Positions 8,923 to 19,337 of a stretch of DNA of 64,000 nt are shown in pieces. Source of the DNA: a virus. The notes under the pieces were generated by a model. That model did no database searches, was not told the DNA's origin, and worked only from the letters and a program-made list of their open reading frames with translations. The position numbers and the translations under genes were made by a program. The DNA is taken from positions 32,001-96,000 of the IMG/VR virus record IMGVR_UViG_3300027749_000062; one strand, written 5' to 3'. How positions within the stretch are numbered: position 1 is the first letter of the stretch; each line of letters starts with the position of its first letter.

Positions 8923-11166
8923 TTATAAAATTATCCATCGTTGTCCACTCGCAACATTAACATAGTAACTACTAGCTATGGTTAATGGGCCAACGGAAAG
9001 TCCATTTGTATTTGCTGCAATCGTTGCATTACTGGTTATATATGTACTGTTGAGAAGAATTAATGGAGCAGGACCAGTATTTGCCACAGCGAAAGCTGCA
9101 TTAGCTTGCGTGAAAGCACCGTTAGCATATATGCTGGCACTATTAGCCTGTGCATATGCGGAGTTAGCATATGTACCAGTTGTATTTTGACTACCATATG
9201 CAGAATTCGCTTGAGTGAATGCAGCTGTAATGCTGGTGTTTTGGGTTAAATTGATTGCATTTGATGAAGTAAAAGCCGCATTGGCTTGTACGAAAGAACC
9301 ATTGGCATATATTGAAGCACCATTAGCTTGTGCATATGCGGAGTTAGCATATGAACCAGACGTTATGGCATTAGCATTTGCATTATTGGCCGCCAAATAT
9401 GCTGAGTTGGCATATGTACCAGTTACATTTTGACCACTATATGATGCATTAGCTTGTACGAAAGCACCATTGGCATATATCTGCGCTGAGTTTGCGGTAT
9501 AGTATGCTGAGTTGGCATAAGTTGCGCTTACATTTTGAGAATTGAAAGCCGCATTTGCTTGTACAAAAGCACCGTTAGCATATATCTGTGCTGAGTTTGC
9601 AGTATAGTATGCTGAGTTGGCATATGTACCGGTCACATTTTGTGATGTATATGCAGCATTCGCTTGTACAAAAGCACCGTTAGCATATACACCAGCTGAA
9701 TTGGCGGCTACAAATGCAGAGTTGGCGTAAATACCAGTTGTGTTCTGTGAACCATAAGCTGAATTCGCTTGAGTGAATGCAGATGAAATACTTGTATTAT
9801 GTGTGCTGAATACCGAATTAGCAAATATGTATACTGCGTTAGCCTGTACAAAAGCACCATTAGCATAAACACCAGATGTTATTGCGTTGGCGTTTGCATT
9901 ATTAGCCGCCAGATAAGCTGAATTAGCATAGATACCAGTTGTTATAGAATTAGCATTGGCACCATTAGCTGCTAGATAAGCTGAGTTAGCATAGGTACCA
10001 GTTACATTCTGTGAACCATAAGCCGCATTAGCTTGTACGAAAGCACCATTTGCATATATCTGCGCTGAGTTTGCAGTATAATACGATGAATTGGCATAGG
10101 TACCAGTTGTTATTGCATTGGCATTGGCGTTGTTAGCTGCCAGATAAGCTGAATTGGCATATGTACCGGTTACATTCTGAGAAGCATATGATGAGTTTGC
10201 TTGTGTAAATGCTGATGAAATACTGGTATTCTGTGTGCTGAATACCGAATTAGCAAATATGTATACCGCATTTGCTTGAGTAAATGCGGAATTAGCATAG
10301 GCACCAGATGTTATAGCATTTGCGTTGGCATTATTTGCGGCTAGATACGCTGAATTGGCATAGGTACCAGATGTTATCGCATTCGCATTGGCGTTGTTAG
10401 CCGCTAAGTAAGCTGAATTGGCATATGTACCGGTTACATTCTGAGAAGCATAAGCCGCATTAGCTTGTACAAAGGCACCATTAGCATATAGACTTGCGCT
10501 ATTGGCTTGTGCATATGCTGAATTGGCGTAAGTGCCAGTTACATTCTGACTACCATAAGCCGCATTAGCTTGTACGAAGGCACCATTGGCATATAACTGA
10601 GCTGAATTAGCCGTATAATATGCTGAGTTAGCATAAGTGCCTGTAGTTATTGCATTAGCATTAGCATTGTTAGCTGCTAGGTATGCTGAGTTGGCGTATG
10701 TACCTGTTACGTTTTGAGAACCATAAGCCGCATTAGCTTGTACGAAAGCACCATTTGCATATATCTGCGCTGAGTTTGCAGTAAAATAAGCAGAATTGGC
10801 GTATGTACCTGTTACGTTTTGAGAACCATAAGCCGCATTGGCTTGTACAAAAGCTCCGTTAGCATATATTTGTGCAGAGTTAGCTGTATAGTATGCTGAG
10901 TTAGCGTATGATGCTGTCGCTGCAGGTGATGTTGTTTGTGTTGTTCCATCGACAAAGGTTATACCATTGCCTGTACCTGTAATTACATGATTTCCAGTAT
11001 ACACATTACCAACAACACCCAAACCACCAATCGATATGACAAGCGCACCAGTTAAATTTGATGTAGAATTATTTGCTCCAGAAATAGAAACATTTGAGCC
11101 TACCGTTATAAAGGTATCTACTGATGTATTTCCGTATATTCTTGTTCCACTTAGAAGTTTTGCCAT
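8923..11166 (-). CDS. Long coiled-coil fibre stalk (ANSAY/ANGAF heptad repeats)
   Basis: 747 aa, about 620 aa of 7-residue AN-x-A-[YF] repeats. C-terminal GP...GQRWIIL module. Confidence 0.75.
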   Translation of the reverse strand: MAKLLSGTRIYGNTSVDTFITVGSNVSISGANNSTSNLTGALVISIGGLGVVGNVYTGNHVITGTGNGITFVDGTTQTTSPAATASYANSAYYTANSAQIYANGAFVQANAAYGSQNVTGTYANSAYFTANSAQIYANGAFVQANAAYGSQNVTGTYANSAYLAANNANANAITTGTYANSAYYTANSAQLYANGAFVQANAAYGSQNVTGTYANSAYAQANSASLYANGAFVQANAAYASQNVTGTYANSAYLAANNANANAITSGTYANSAYLAANNANANAITSGAYANSAFTQANAVYIFANSVFSTQNTSISSAFTQANSSYASQNVTGTYANSAYLAANNANANAITTGTYANSSYYTANSAQIYANGAFVQANAAYGSQNVTGTYANSAYLAANGANANSITTGIYANSAYLAANNANANAITSGVYANGAFVQANAVYIFANSVFSTHNTSISSAFTQANSAYGSQNTTGIYANSAFVAANSAGVYANGAFVQANAAYTSQNVTGTYANSAYYTANSAQIYANGAFVQANAAFNSQNVSATYANSAYYTANSAQIYANGAFVQANASYSGQNVTGTYANSAYLAANNANANAITSGSYANSAYAQANGASIYANGSFVQANAAFTSSNAINLTQNTSITAAFTQANSAYGSQNTTGTYANSAYAQANSASIYANGAFTQANAAFAVANTGPAPLILLNSTYITSNATIAANTNGLSVGPLTIASSYYVNVASGQRWIIL

Positions 11167-11173
11167 AGTATGT

Positions 11174-11181
11174 TATTTATT
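11174..11181 (-). promoter_or_regulatory. Late promoter variant (AATAAATA)
   Basis: ATAAATA just upstream of the 747-aa gene. Similar motifs lie at 15887-15894, 16667-16674, 28524-28531 and 35827-35834. Confidence 0.45.
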
Positions 11182-11186
11182 CTAGG

Positions 11187-12032
11187 TTAAAAAGGTGTGA
11201 TAGTGTAAGTGTATTCATCAAAGTAACCACTGACCATATACGTTCCAGTGTTGGTTCTGCGTTCGGCAAAATCTGGAGTCACTATCACTCCAGTAGCACC
11301 TATTCCCTGATAAGGAGTTAAATATCCTGCTTCAAATTGAGCACCCCAACCATAAAATCCTGTTGCACCGTCACCTACATAAGTAGGGTTTACAAGGCTG
11401 GCATTAGTGGTACTTTTTGTTATACCAATACTACCTGTTAATGTTCCGGCTCCTGCTAATGCGGTATTGGTGATATTACCAGTTACACTTACTCTATACC
11501 ATCCATTTCCTTTTGGTTCGGAAGTTGAAGTAATATATGTTCCGCTACCGGATGTTGCTATATTATTAATAACTCCGGTAGATGGATTTACATTTATGCC
11601 GATTCTATCAGGTTGTTGATATCCTGTTGCAAAATATAAAGTTAAGTAGGTCGATGCAGAATATGATTTTACATGTACCGACCATGTATAAGTAGCAACT
11701 CTTTCTAATACAGTCATTGGATCTGTGAGTATTGTATGTCTACCTAACGGTGCTGAGTTCAATAGTAAATCTGCGGTTAGCGTACTATTAGGTGCTGCTA
11801 TTGCATTTCCGGTTACTACTACTTGACCCGAGGCAGTGTTCCACCCGGTTGCGTTATCAAATTCTTGAGAAGAAATGGCTAAATTCTTAATAGGTGATTG
11901 TGTAACTTCATCAAATAGTGCCGCATATACTCCTGCGGGTCCTACTTTAACAGAACTATAGGCTACTTCATCAAATGCCACACTTGATTGAAGTATTCCA
12001 GTGGGAAACAGTTTAGTTATAGTTGTTGCCAT
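11187..12032 (-). CDS. Fibre-associated protein with lectin/spike-like insert
   Basis: 281 aa. FDE motifs at both ends flank an NL..SQEFD..W...GWYRVSVT...WGAQFEAG..TPY domain. Confidence 0.6.
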   Translation of the reverse strand: MATTITKLFPTGILQSSVAFDEVAYSSVKVGPAGVYAALFDEVTQSPIKNLAISSQEFDNATGWNTASGQVVVTGNAIAAPNSTLTADLLLNSAPLGRHTILTDPMTVLERVATYTWSVHVKSYSASTYLTLYFATGYQQPDRIGINVNPSTGVINNIATSGSGTYITSTSEPKGNGWYRVSVTGNITNTALAGAGTLTGSIGITKSTTNASLVNPTYVGDGATGFYGWGAQFEAGYLTPYQGIGATGVIVTPDFAERRTNTGTYMVSGYFDEYTYTITPF

Positions 12033-15000
12033 TATCCAAATACCGTGTCTAAACTACCTGTAGCTGAGTTATAATATTGATAGACTACACTTACATTGCT
12101 ATTGACAAATCCAACTCTATTACCAACATAAATACTGTCTGCAACGCCGACACCACCAAACACTTGTAATGCACCTGTAGTATTTGATATAGATGTGGTT
12201 GTATTTGTTATTATTAAATTACCAGTAATTGTTACATTACCGGTAATTGTACCACCAGTATTTGCATTGACTGTATTGTTTGCTCTTGTATAAGCCGCAT
12301 TAGCTTGTACAAAAGCACCATTGGCATATAATGATGACGAGTTTGCAACATTAAATCCGGCGTTTGATTGTACAAAAGCACCGTTAGCATATAGTTGTGC
12401 TGAGTTTGCAGTAAAGTAAGCAGAATTGGCATATGTGCCGGTTACATTCTGACTACCGTAAGCAGCATTCGCCTGAACAAATCCACCGTTAGCATAAAGT
12501 TGTGCCGAGTTAGCCGTATAGTAAGCTGAGTTGGCATATGAACCAGTCGTGTTCTGACTTATGTAAGCTGCATTTGCCTGTGTATATGCATTTGTGATAT
12601 AAGTGAATACATTATATCCACTAACATATATTGTGTTGGCTATGACATTTGCTTTTACAGTATTAGCTATTAGATTTGCACGTTGATAAGAAGGATCTGT
12701 AATTATAATATTGTTATTGGGTGATACTTCTGGTGTATAACCTTCAAATATATTCCATTCTTTTGTATCCGAATCTCGGAAAAAACCTGTGTGTGCGTTT
12801 GTTCCATTATTATAATGTGCAGCAAAACCAATATCTAATGCATCTGAGTAATAATTTCCTAAACCCAATAATATCAAAGTATCTTTTACAGTAAAAGATT
12901 CAGTATTGGTTGTTATAGTAGTACCTAATACAGTCAAGTTACCTTGAATTGTTGCATCTTGGACAATGGTTAAATTGCCTGTAATTGTTCCGCCTGCCAA
13001 AGGTAAAGCATTATTAGCTTTCAAGAATGCAGAGTTTGCATATGACCCAGCTGAATTAGCAAAACTAAGTGCAGTATTGGCATATGTACCTGTCACATTC
13101 TGGCTACTATAAGAAGCATTGGCTTGTACAAAAGCACCATTTGCATATAACTGTGCTGAATTGGCCGTATAATATGCCGAGTTAGCATATGTGCCTGTAG
13201 TTATTGCATTTGCATTGGCGCCGTTAGCTGCTAGATAAGCCGAGTTTGCATAAGAACCAGATGTTATGGCATTCGCATTTGCATTATTAGCCGCCAGATA
13301 AGCTGAGTTAGCATAAGTTCCTGTTACATTTTGACTAGTGTATGATGCATTTGCCTGTACGAATGCACCATTAGCATATAACTGTGCTGAATTGGCGGTG
13401 TAATATGCTGAGTTTGCATAAGAACCAGATGTTATTGCATTCGCATTTGCGTTATTAGCCGCTAAGTAAGCTGAATTAGCATAAGTTCCTGTTACATTTT
13501 GACTAGTGTATGATGCGTTAGCTTGAGTAAATGCACCATTCGCATATACACCAGCAGAATTTGCAGAAAGAAATGCTGAGTTAGCATATGCACCTGAGGT
13601 TATTGCATTTGCATTAGAATTGTTTGATGATAAAAATGCAGAATTGGCATATGAACCGAATGTTATTGCATTAGCATTCGCACCATTGGCCGCCAAATAA
13701 GCTGAGTTAGCATAGGTACCAGTTACGTTTTGGGAAGCATAAGCTGAATTTGCCTGTACAAAAGCACCATTGGCATATAACTGAGATGAATTGGCTGTAT
13801 AATATGCTGCATTAGCATATGTACCTGTTACGTTTTGTGAACTATAGGCCGCATTGGCTTGTACGAGAGCACCATTCGCATATACGCCAGCAGAATTTGC
13901 TGTTGTAAAAGATGCATTAGAATATGCATAAGGTGCAGCCGCAGTAACTTGATATGTTGTATCGGGAAATATTACACTAACTGAAGTATTAACAGAATTT
14001 GCATATATGATATTAACACCACCAATATTTCCACTCGAACCGGTTGTGGTAAAATAAGCAGCTGTTACATTATTTGCAACTGTTAAATTATTGGATACAG
14101 TTAAGTTGCCTGCTGTAATTATTGTGCTTGTATTTTGTAATGCCGTATTTGCAACTCCAAAAGATGCATTGGCCTTAACAAAAGCACCATTCGCATATAC
14201 ACCAGCAGAATTTGCTGTTGAGAATGCTGAGTTAGCGTAAATACCAGTAGTATTTTGAGAACTAAATGCTGAGTTAGCGTAAATACCAGTAGTATTTTGA
14301 GAACTAAATGCTGAGTTAGCGTAGGCACCAGTTGTTATTGCATTGGCATTCGCACCATTAGCCGCCAAGTAAGCTGAATTGGCATATGTACCGGTTACAT
14401 TCTGAGAAGCATATGCTGAATTTGCTTGCAAGAAAGCTGCGTTTGCCGCGCTACCAGCTGAAGTTGAATTTGCTGTTGCGAAGGCAGCATTAGCCTGAGC
14501 AAATGCACCATTAGCATATACACCAGCAGAATTTGCAGTATAGTATGCTGAGTTAGCATATGTACCAGATGTTATTGCGTTAGCATTTGCACCATTGGCT
14601 GCTGTATATGCGGAGTTAGCATATGTGCCAGTCACATTTTGTGAAGCATATGATGAGTTTGCTTGTGCAAACGCTGATGTAATACTGGTGTTCTGTGTTA
14701 AATTAATTCCATTCGATGAAGAATAGACCGAATTTGCTTGAGTGAATGCACCATTGGCATATGTACCAGATGTTATTGCGTTGGCGTTTGCATTATTGGC
14801 TGCTAAGTAAGCTGAATTAGCATAAGTTCCAGTTACATTTTGACTAGTATATGCAGAATTGGCTTGTACAAAAGCACCATTCGCATATAAACTCGCTCCA
14901 TTTGCTTGTGTAAAAGCGGAGTTAGCATAGATGCCGGTGGTATTTTGACTATTATAAGCCGAATTGGATTGTACAAAAGCACCATTAGCATATAATGCTG

Positions 15001-15538
15001 CCGAATTGGCGGTATAATATGCTGAGTTGGCATATGTGCCTGTTACATTTTGACCAGTGTAAGATGCATTTGCCTGAGCAAAAGCACCATTAGCGTATAT
15101 CTGTGCTGAGTTTGCGGTATAGTATGCTGAGTTAGCATAGGTTCCAGTTACGTTTTGTGTATTAAAAGCTGCATTCGCTTGAGCAAAAGAACCATTAGCG
15201 TATGTTTGTGCCGAATTGGCTGTATAGTACGCACCATTAGCATAGGTACCTGTAGTGTTTTGGCTAATGTAGGCCGCGTTTGCCTGAATGAAAGCGCCAT
15301 TAGCATATAGTGCCGCAGAATTTGCTTGAGAATGACTAGAATTTCCATGAATATATGCTGCATTTGCTTGTAAGAAAGCTGCATTCGCTGATAAGAACGC
15401 AGAATTGGCATATGATCCAGTAGAGTTTTGACTACTATAAGATGAGTTGGCCTGAAGATATGCGGTATTTGCATAGTCACCTGCAACCCGTACATCTTTA
15501 TTCTCTTGATTACCTAAAATGGTATAAATTGTCTTCAT
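12032..15538 (-). CDS. Long coiled-coil fibre stalk with interspersed beta domains
   Basis: 1168 aa. ANSAY heptad tracts are interrupted by GNLTV and GGTITGNLTI...VKDTLILLG...DIGF beta modules. Confidence 0.75.
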   Translation of the reverse strand: MKTIYTILGNQENKDVRVAGDYANTAYLQANSSYSSQNSTGSYANSAFLSANAAFLQANAAYIHGNSSHSQANSAALYANGAFIQANAAYISQNTTGTYANGAYYTANSAQTYANGSFAQANAAFNTQNVTGTYANSAYYTANSAQIYANGAFAQANASYTGQNVTGTYANSAYYTANSAALYANGAFVQSNSAYNSQNTTGIYANSAFTQANGASLYANGAFVQANSAYTSQNVTGTYANSAYLAANNANANAITSGTYANGAFTQANSVYSSSNGINLTQNTSITSAFAQANSSYASQNVTGTYANSAYTAANGANANAITSGTYANSAYYTANSAGVYANGAFAQANAAFATANSTSAGSAANAAFLQANSAYASQNVTGTYANSAYLAANGANANAITTGAYANSAFSSQNTTGIYANSAFSSQNTTGIYANSAFSTANSAGVYANGAFVKANASFGVANTALQNTSTIITAGNLTVSNNLTVANNVTAAYFTTTGSSGNIGGVNIIYANSVNTSVSVIFPDTTYQVTAAAPYAYSNASFTTANSAGVYANGALVQANAAYSSQNVTGTYANAAYYTANSSQLYANGAFVQANSAYASQNVTGTYANSAYLAANGANANAITFGSYANSAFLSSNNSNANAITSGAYANSAFLSANSAGVYANGAFTQANASYTSQNVTGTYANSAYLAANNANANAITSGSYANSAYYTANSAQLYANGAFVQANASYTSQNVTGTYANSAYLAANNANANAITSGSYANSAYLAANGANANAITTGTYANSAYYTANSAQLYANGAFVQANASYSSQNVTGTYANTALSFANSAGSYANSAFLKANNALPLAGGTITGNLTIVQDATIQGNLTVLGTTITTNTESFTVKDTLILLGLGNYYSDALDIGFAAHYNNGTNAHTGFFRDSDTKEWNIFEGYTPEVSPNNNIIITDPSYQRANLIANTVKANVIANTIYVSGYNVFTYITNAYTQANAAYISQNTTGSYANSAYYTANSAQLYANGGFVQANAAYGSQNVTGTYANSAYFTANSAQLYANGAFVQSNAGFNVANSSSLYANGAFVQANAAYTRANNTVNANTGGTITGNVTITGNLIITNTTTSISNTTGALQVFGGVGVADSIYVGNRVGFVNSNVSVVYQYYNSATGSLDTVFG

Positions 15539-15539
15539 G

Positions 15540-15866
15540 TTATGTTATTTCTAATAGACTAACTATCACATCAACTGAAGAAGCTGTATTTGTATTTACT
15601 GAAAGATAATCACCAGATTCCAATACTACTTTTTGGCCGCCGCCTATTGGAATTAAAGAACTTCCTGGATCAATCTGAGCACTTTTTACCATATAAAAAT
15701 TTGAACCACTAATGTTTAAAATAACATTTGCAGATATTGAAGTATTTAATAGATTTGCAACTGACATACCAATAATTGTGGCTTGAGTTCCGGCGCCAGC
15801 TGTATACACTACTGTCGGAGATGTACCGACTGCGGCCGATCCATAATTTTTAAAACTATTTGCCAT
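15540..15866 (-). CDS. Small virion structural protein (MANSFKN family)
   Basis: 108 aa. MANSFKN...IIGMSVAN...KVVLESGD.L.V...DVIVSLLEIT. Confidence 0.65.
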   Translation of the reverse strand: MANSFKNYGSAAVGTSPTVVYTAGAGTQATIIGMSVANLLNTSISANVILNISGSNFYMVKSAQIDPGSSLIPIGGGQKVVLESGDYLSVNTNTASSVDVIVSLLEIT

Positions 15867-15892
15867 TTTTATTTCCTAATAACTTATATTTA

Positions 15893-16270
15893 TTAACCTA
15901 ATGCAATCGCATAAGCCAATGCATCTGAATCAGCTGTATTTGCTTTAGAGAAAGCTGCATTTGCATAAATTCCAGTTGTATTTTGACTAGCATATGAAGA
16001 ATTTGCGGCAATAAAAGCAGCATTTATTCCAGCAGTCGCAGAATTTGCAGCTGCAAAAGCTAGGTTTGATTGATTATATGCTGTAGAAACTTGCGATAAA
16101 GCAGTATTTGCAGTAGATAAAGCTGAATTAGCTACATCGTAAATTTGCTGAATCTGTTGAGATTGACTTGATGCACCTAAAAATTGTGCAGTGGATTGTA
16201 CAGATGCGGGTGCTCCTGGTCCAACCCTTACACTAATTTGTGATATAGGATTTACTACTACTGTTGCCAT
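15893..16270 (-). CDS. Short coiled-coil fibre adaptor
   Basis: 125 aa. ANSA repeats; ends DALAYAIALG. Confidence 0.6.
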   Translation of the reverse strand: MATVVVNPISQISVRVGPGAPASVQSTAQFLGASSQSQQIQQIYDVANSALSTANTALSQVSTAYNQSNLAFAAANSATAGINAAFIAANSSYASQNTTGIYANAAFSKANTADSDALAYAIALG

Positions 16271-16635
16271 TATGCATCTGTACCATAAGAATTGGTTACA
16301 CCAGTAACTCCTGGAGATACATAAATTTGTCCTTCTAACACCCTAGAAACTTGATTTGTTGCACTTGTTGTGATAACATCATACACATACTTGCCATACG
16401 GAATGTTTGCGGTTACTGGCGCAGTTAAAGAAAGTGTTATAATTCCGTTGTTTGCACTGGTAATTGTTGTTGTAATATTGAACGCAACATTGGCGGTGGT
16501 ATAAGACTTTTTAGCTCTTGATGATACAGTAAATCCTGTAAGATTATAAGGGCTTCCGTAATCGTCAGCTAATGTTAGTTGTGATGTAAAAGTGGAACCT
16601 TGTTCCAAATATTGGTCTGAATATCCTGCGGCCAT
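16270..16635 (-). CDS. Virion structural protein (BppU/Ig-like adaptor)
   Basis: 121 aa. EQGSTF...YNLTGFT...GIITLSLT...GKYVYDV...RVLEGQIYVSPGVT is a conserved T4-like structural family. Confidence 0.7.
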   Translation of the reverse strand: MAAGYSDQYLEQGSTFTSQLTLADDYGSPYNLTGFTVSSRAKKSYTTANVAFNITTTITSANNGIITLSLTAPVTANIPYGKYVYDVITTSATNQVSRVLEGQIYVSPGVTGVTNSYGTDA

Positions 16636-16681
16636 TTGTTGTACCTTTTATTTTCTGCACTCAACATATTTATGATATTTT

Positions 16682-19336
16682 TTACGGTAGTTTTGCCTTC
16701 AGTTCCTCTACTTGGTCACTCAGTTCTTTGATGGCCTCAATCAATAATGGCACCAGACGTTCATAATTAATTGTCAAATATTGACTATCTATAGGTGCAG
16801 GATGAACAATTTCAGGTAAAACTGATTGTACTTGTTGTGCAGATACACCAACTTCGCGCCTTACTTTATAACCCAAATCTTGTGCCGTTTGATTAGCTTC
16901 ATAATAGAAACCATTGAGTGACTTAACTTTATCTAAAGCACCTATGATGTTTCCTAAATTCGTTTTTAGTTTATCATCAGAATAATATGCAGTAATAGTT
17001 CCAATTGCACGAATTTCACCAGCCGTTGTTGAAGCAGCCGTACCAATACCAATTGAATTAAATTGAGAATTCTGTGTTGTGCTAGTAAATGTTGCAGCAG
17101 AACCTGTGGTATTTTGATTCAATGTTGGGAATGTACAATTGCTCAAATTACCTGATGATGGAGTACCAAGTATTGGAGTTACTAAAGTGGGACTTGTTGC
17201 AAAAACTAATGCACCAGAACCAGTTTCATCAGTAACAGCTGCCAGTAAATTGGCAGAATTGGAAGTTGCTAAGAAATTAGCAACATTTGTGGCAAGACCT
17301 GAAATACCAGTAGAAACTGGCAAACCAGTACAGTTTGTCAATGTACCTGAATTTGGTGTGCCAAGTACAGGTGTTACTAAAGTTGGAGTATTTGAAAGTA
17401 CAACTGAACCTGTTCCGGTAGAAGATGCAACTCCTGTACCACCAGATGAAACTGGAACAGGTTGTGAAGAAGTTATTTGTCCTGCAGCAATATTTGCATT
17501 TAGTGTTCCATAATTTGCATACACTATAGCACCAACTGAGTTACTTGTTGGATTTGTTGCTAGACCTTGGAATAGATAATAATTACTTCCTGCAACTCTT
17601 ACTAAACCTGCATATTTTGTACCTGCACTTACATATTGGCCATAAAAACCAATGTCAACTGTATCCGATAAATTGTTCGCAGCTAATTCAATCAATGAAT
17701 CAACTGTTTGGAAGGTTGAAACATTAATATATGAAGAAGTTCCATTGACAAATAAATTACCTGTGACACCTAAATCACCAGACAATGTACCACCAGTTCT
17801 TGGTAATGCATTATTTGCCGTTGTGAAAGCTGAATTTGCATAAGAACCTGATGTTACTGCTTTAGTGTCTGCTGTAGCTGCATTTGTTGTTGCTGTATTT
17901 GCTTGTGTATACGCAGCGTTTGCCTGAATAAATGCAGGTTGTGCAGATAAAGCCGCCGTATTAGCAGCACTAAATGCTGAGTTAGCATAAGCACCAGATG
18001 TTATTGCATTAGCGTTGGCATTATTTGCCGCCAAATATGCAGAGTTAGCATAAGTGCCTGTCGTATTTTGAGATTGATATGCTGAATTTGCTTGTGTAAA
18101 CGCAGGTTGTGCAGATAAAGCCGCCGTATTAGCAGCACTAAAAGCGGCATTTGCTTGGATAAAAGCACCAGTTAAAACTTTATTTGTTGGTACTGTTGTT
18201 GTGCTTGTTGATGTTGTACTATCAGAAATCATATTTGCAGTCATGATTTGTGAGTACTGTGTACCATTGTTTACATCTAAAATATCAAAATATTTACCTG
18301 TTTCATACCAACGTATAGTCGCATTGGCATTTGGAATACCAGTTGGTTGATTATTTGCAGTACCTCTATTAACACTAAAATAACTTATAACAGGTGTATT
18401 TGTGTTTGCATTTATTACAAAATTATTTGTTGTATAAACAACTGTTCCATTAAGTACAAAAGAACCGCCAACAGTTACTGAACCTGATGTTGTCAATGAT
18501 TGAAAAGCACCAACAGCATTTGTTGCTGAAAGTGATGATCCAGTCAATGTCATATTATTGATTGTTTGAGCACCAGACTGTAGATTATTAGCAAACAAAT
18601 ACGAAGAATTGGCAAAACTAAATGCCGAATTGGAATATATTCCGGTAGTATTTTGGGAACCATAAGCTGAATTAGCTTGTGTAAATGCTCCTAAGATGTA
18701 TGCAATAATATCATAACCATTAACAACTGCGCTTGTTGCTGCAATAATGGAACCTCCAAAATTACCATTTGAAGTTACTGTTAATTGGCCAGCATTAATT
18801 CTATTATTTGAAGTTAAAAATGATGTATAAGTGTTTCCTGTTATACTTACGTTTCCTGTAATTCCTGCACCTGCACCTACAGTCAATGAATTTTGTAATG
18901 TTGCTGCACCTAATACATTGATTGTGTTAGAAATGGTTGTTGTACCAGAAACACTTAATGTTCCACCTAAGGTTGAATTATTTGATACTGATAAACTAGT
19001 ACCTGTATTTGTGGCGTAGATAGTTCCATTAGAAGTAATCGAACCACTTGCAACTAAACTCTGTGATGTATTTGTGAAATATACTTGTTTACCTACAGTT
19101 AAGTTGTTGTCGATGGTTGCAGAAGAAGATGTACCTGTAACTTGTAATAATCCGGAAATTGTAGCATTATTTCCAACAGATAGAGATGTGCCTGTTCCAT
19201 TTAAAATCAAAGAACCAGAATCTTTTGTCCAATCATACTTACCGATTGAATTGATTTCATTTGAATCGGCGTTTGTTGCAACAATCCAATCACCAAATGT
19301 GTTGGCGAAACCTAAAATATTGACTGTATTTGCCAT
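16682..19336 (-). CDS. Tail fibre with C-terminal intramolecular chaperone (peptidase S74)
   Basis: 884 aa. C-terminal YYSDDKLK...EVGVSAQQVQSVLPEIV...YERLVPLLIEAIKEL is the S74 autocleaving chaperone. GGTGV and SPTLVTP.LGTP repeats also present. Confidence 0.85.
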   Translation of the reverse strand: MANTVNILGFANTFGDWIVATNADSNEINSIGKYDWTKDSGSLILNGTGTSLSVGNNATISGLLQVTGTSSSATIDNNLTVGKQVYFTNTSQSLVASGSITSNGTIYATNTGTSLSVSNNSTLGGTLSVSGTTTISNTINVLGAATLQNSLTVGAGAGITGNVSITGNTYTSFLTSNNRINAGQLTVTSNGNFGGSIIAATSAVVNGYDIIAYILGAFTQANSAYGSQNTTGIYSNSAFSFANSSYLFANNLQSGAQTINNMTLTGSSLSATNAVGAFQSLTTSGSVTVGGSFVLNGTVVYTTNNFVINANTNTPVISYFSVNRGTANNQPTGIPNANATIRWYETGKYFDILDVNNGTQYSQIMTANMISDSTTSTSTTTVPTNKVLTGAFIQANAAFSAANTAALSAQPAFTQANSAYQSQNTTGTYANSAYLAANNANANAITSGAYANSAFSAANTAALSAQPAFIQANAAYTQANTATTNAATADTKAVTSGSYANSAFTTANNALPRTGGTLSGDLGVTGNLFVNGTSSYINVSTFQTVDSLIELAANNLSDTVDIGFYGQYVSAGTKYAGLVRVAGSNYYLFQGLATNPTSNSVGAIVYANYGTLNANIAAGQITSSQPVPVSSGGTGVASSTGTGSVVLSNTPTLVTPVLGTPNSGTLTNCTGLPVSTGISGLATNVANFLATSNSANLLAAVTDETGSGALVFATSPTLVTPILGTPSSGNLSNCTFPTLNQNTTGSAATFTSTTQNSQFNSIGIGTAASTTAGEIRAIGTITAYYSDDKLKTNLGNIIGALDKVKSLNGFYYEANQTAQDLGYKVRREVGVSAQQVQSVLPEIVHPAPIDSQYLTINYERLVPLLIEAIKELSDQVEELKAKLP

Positions 19337-19337
19337 C

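Noticed and set aside
8923-15538. Possible CRISPR array or non-coding repeat
   Set aside because: The repeats are in-frame and degenerate at third codon positions, with no constant repeat plus unique spacer pattern.
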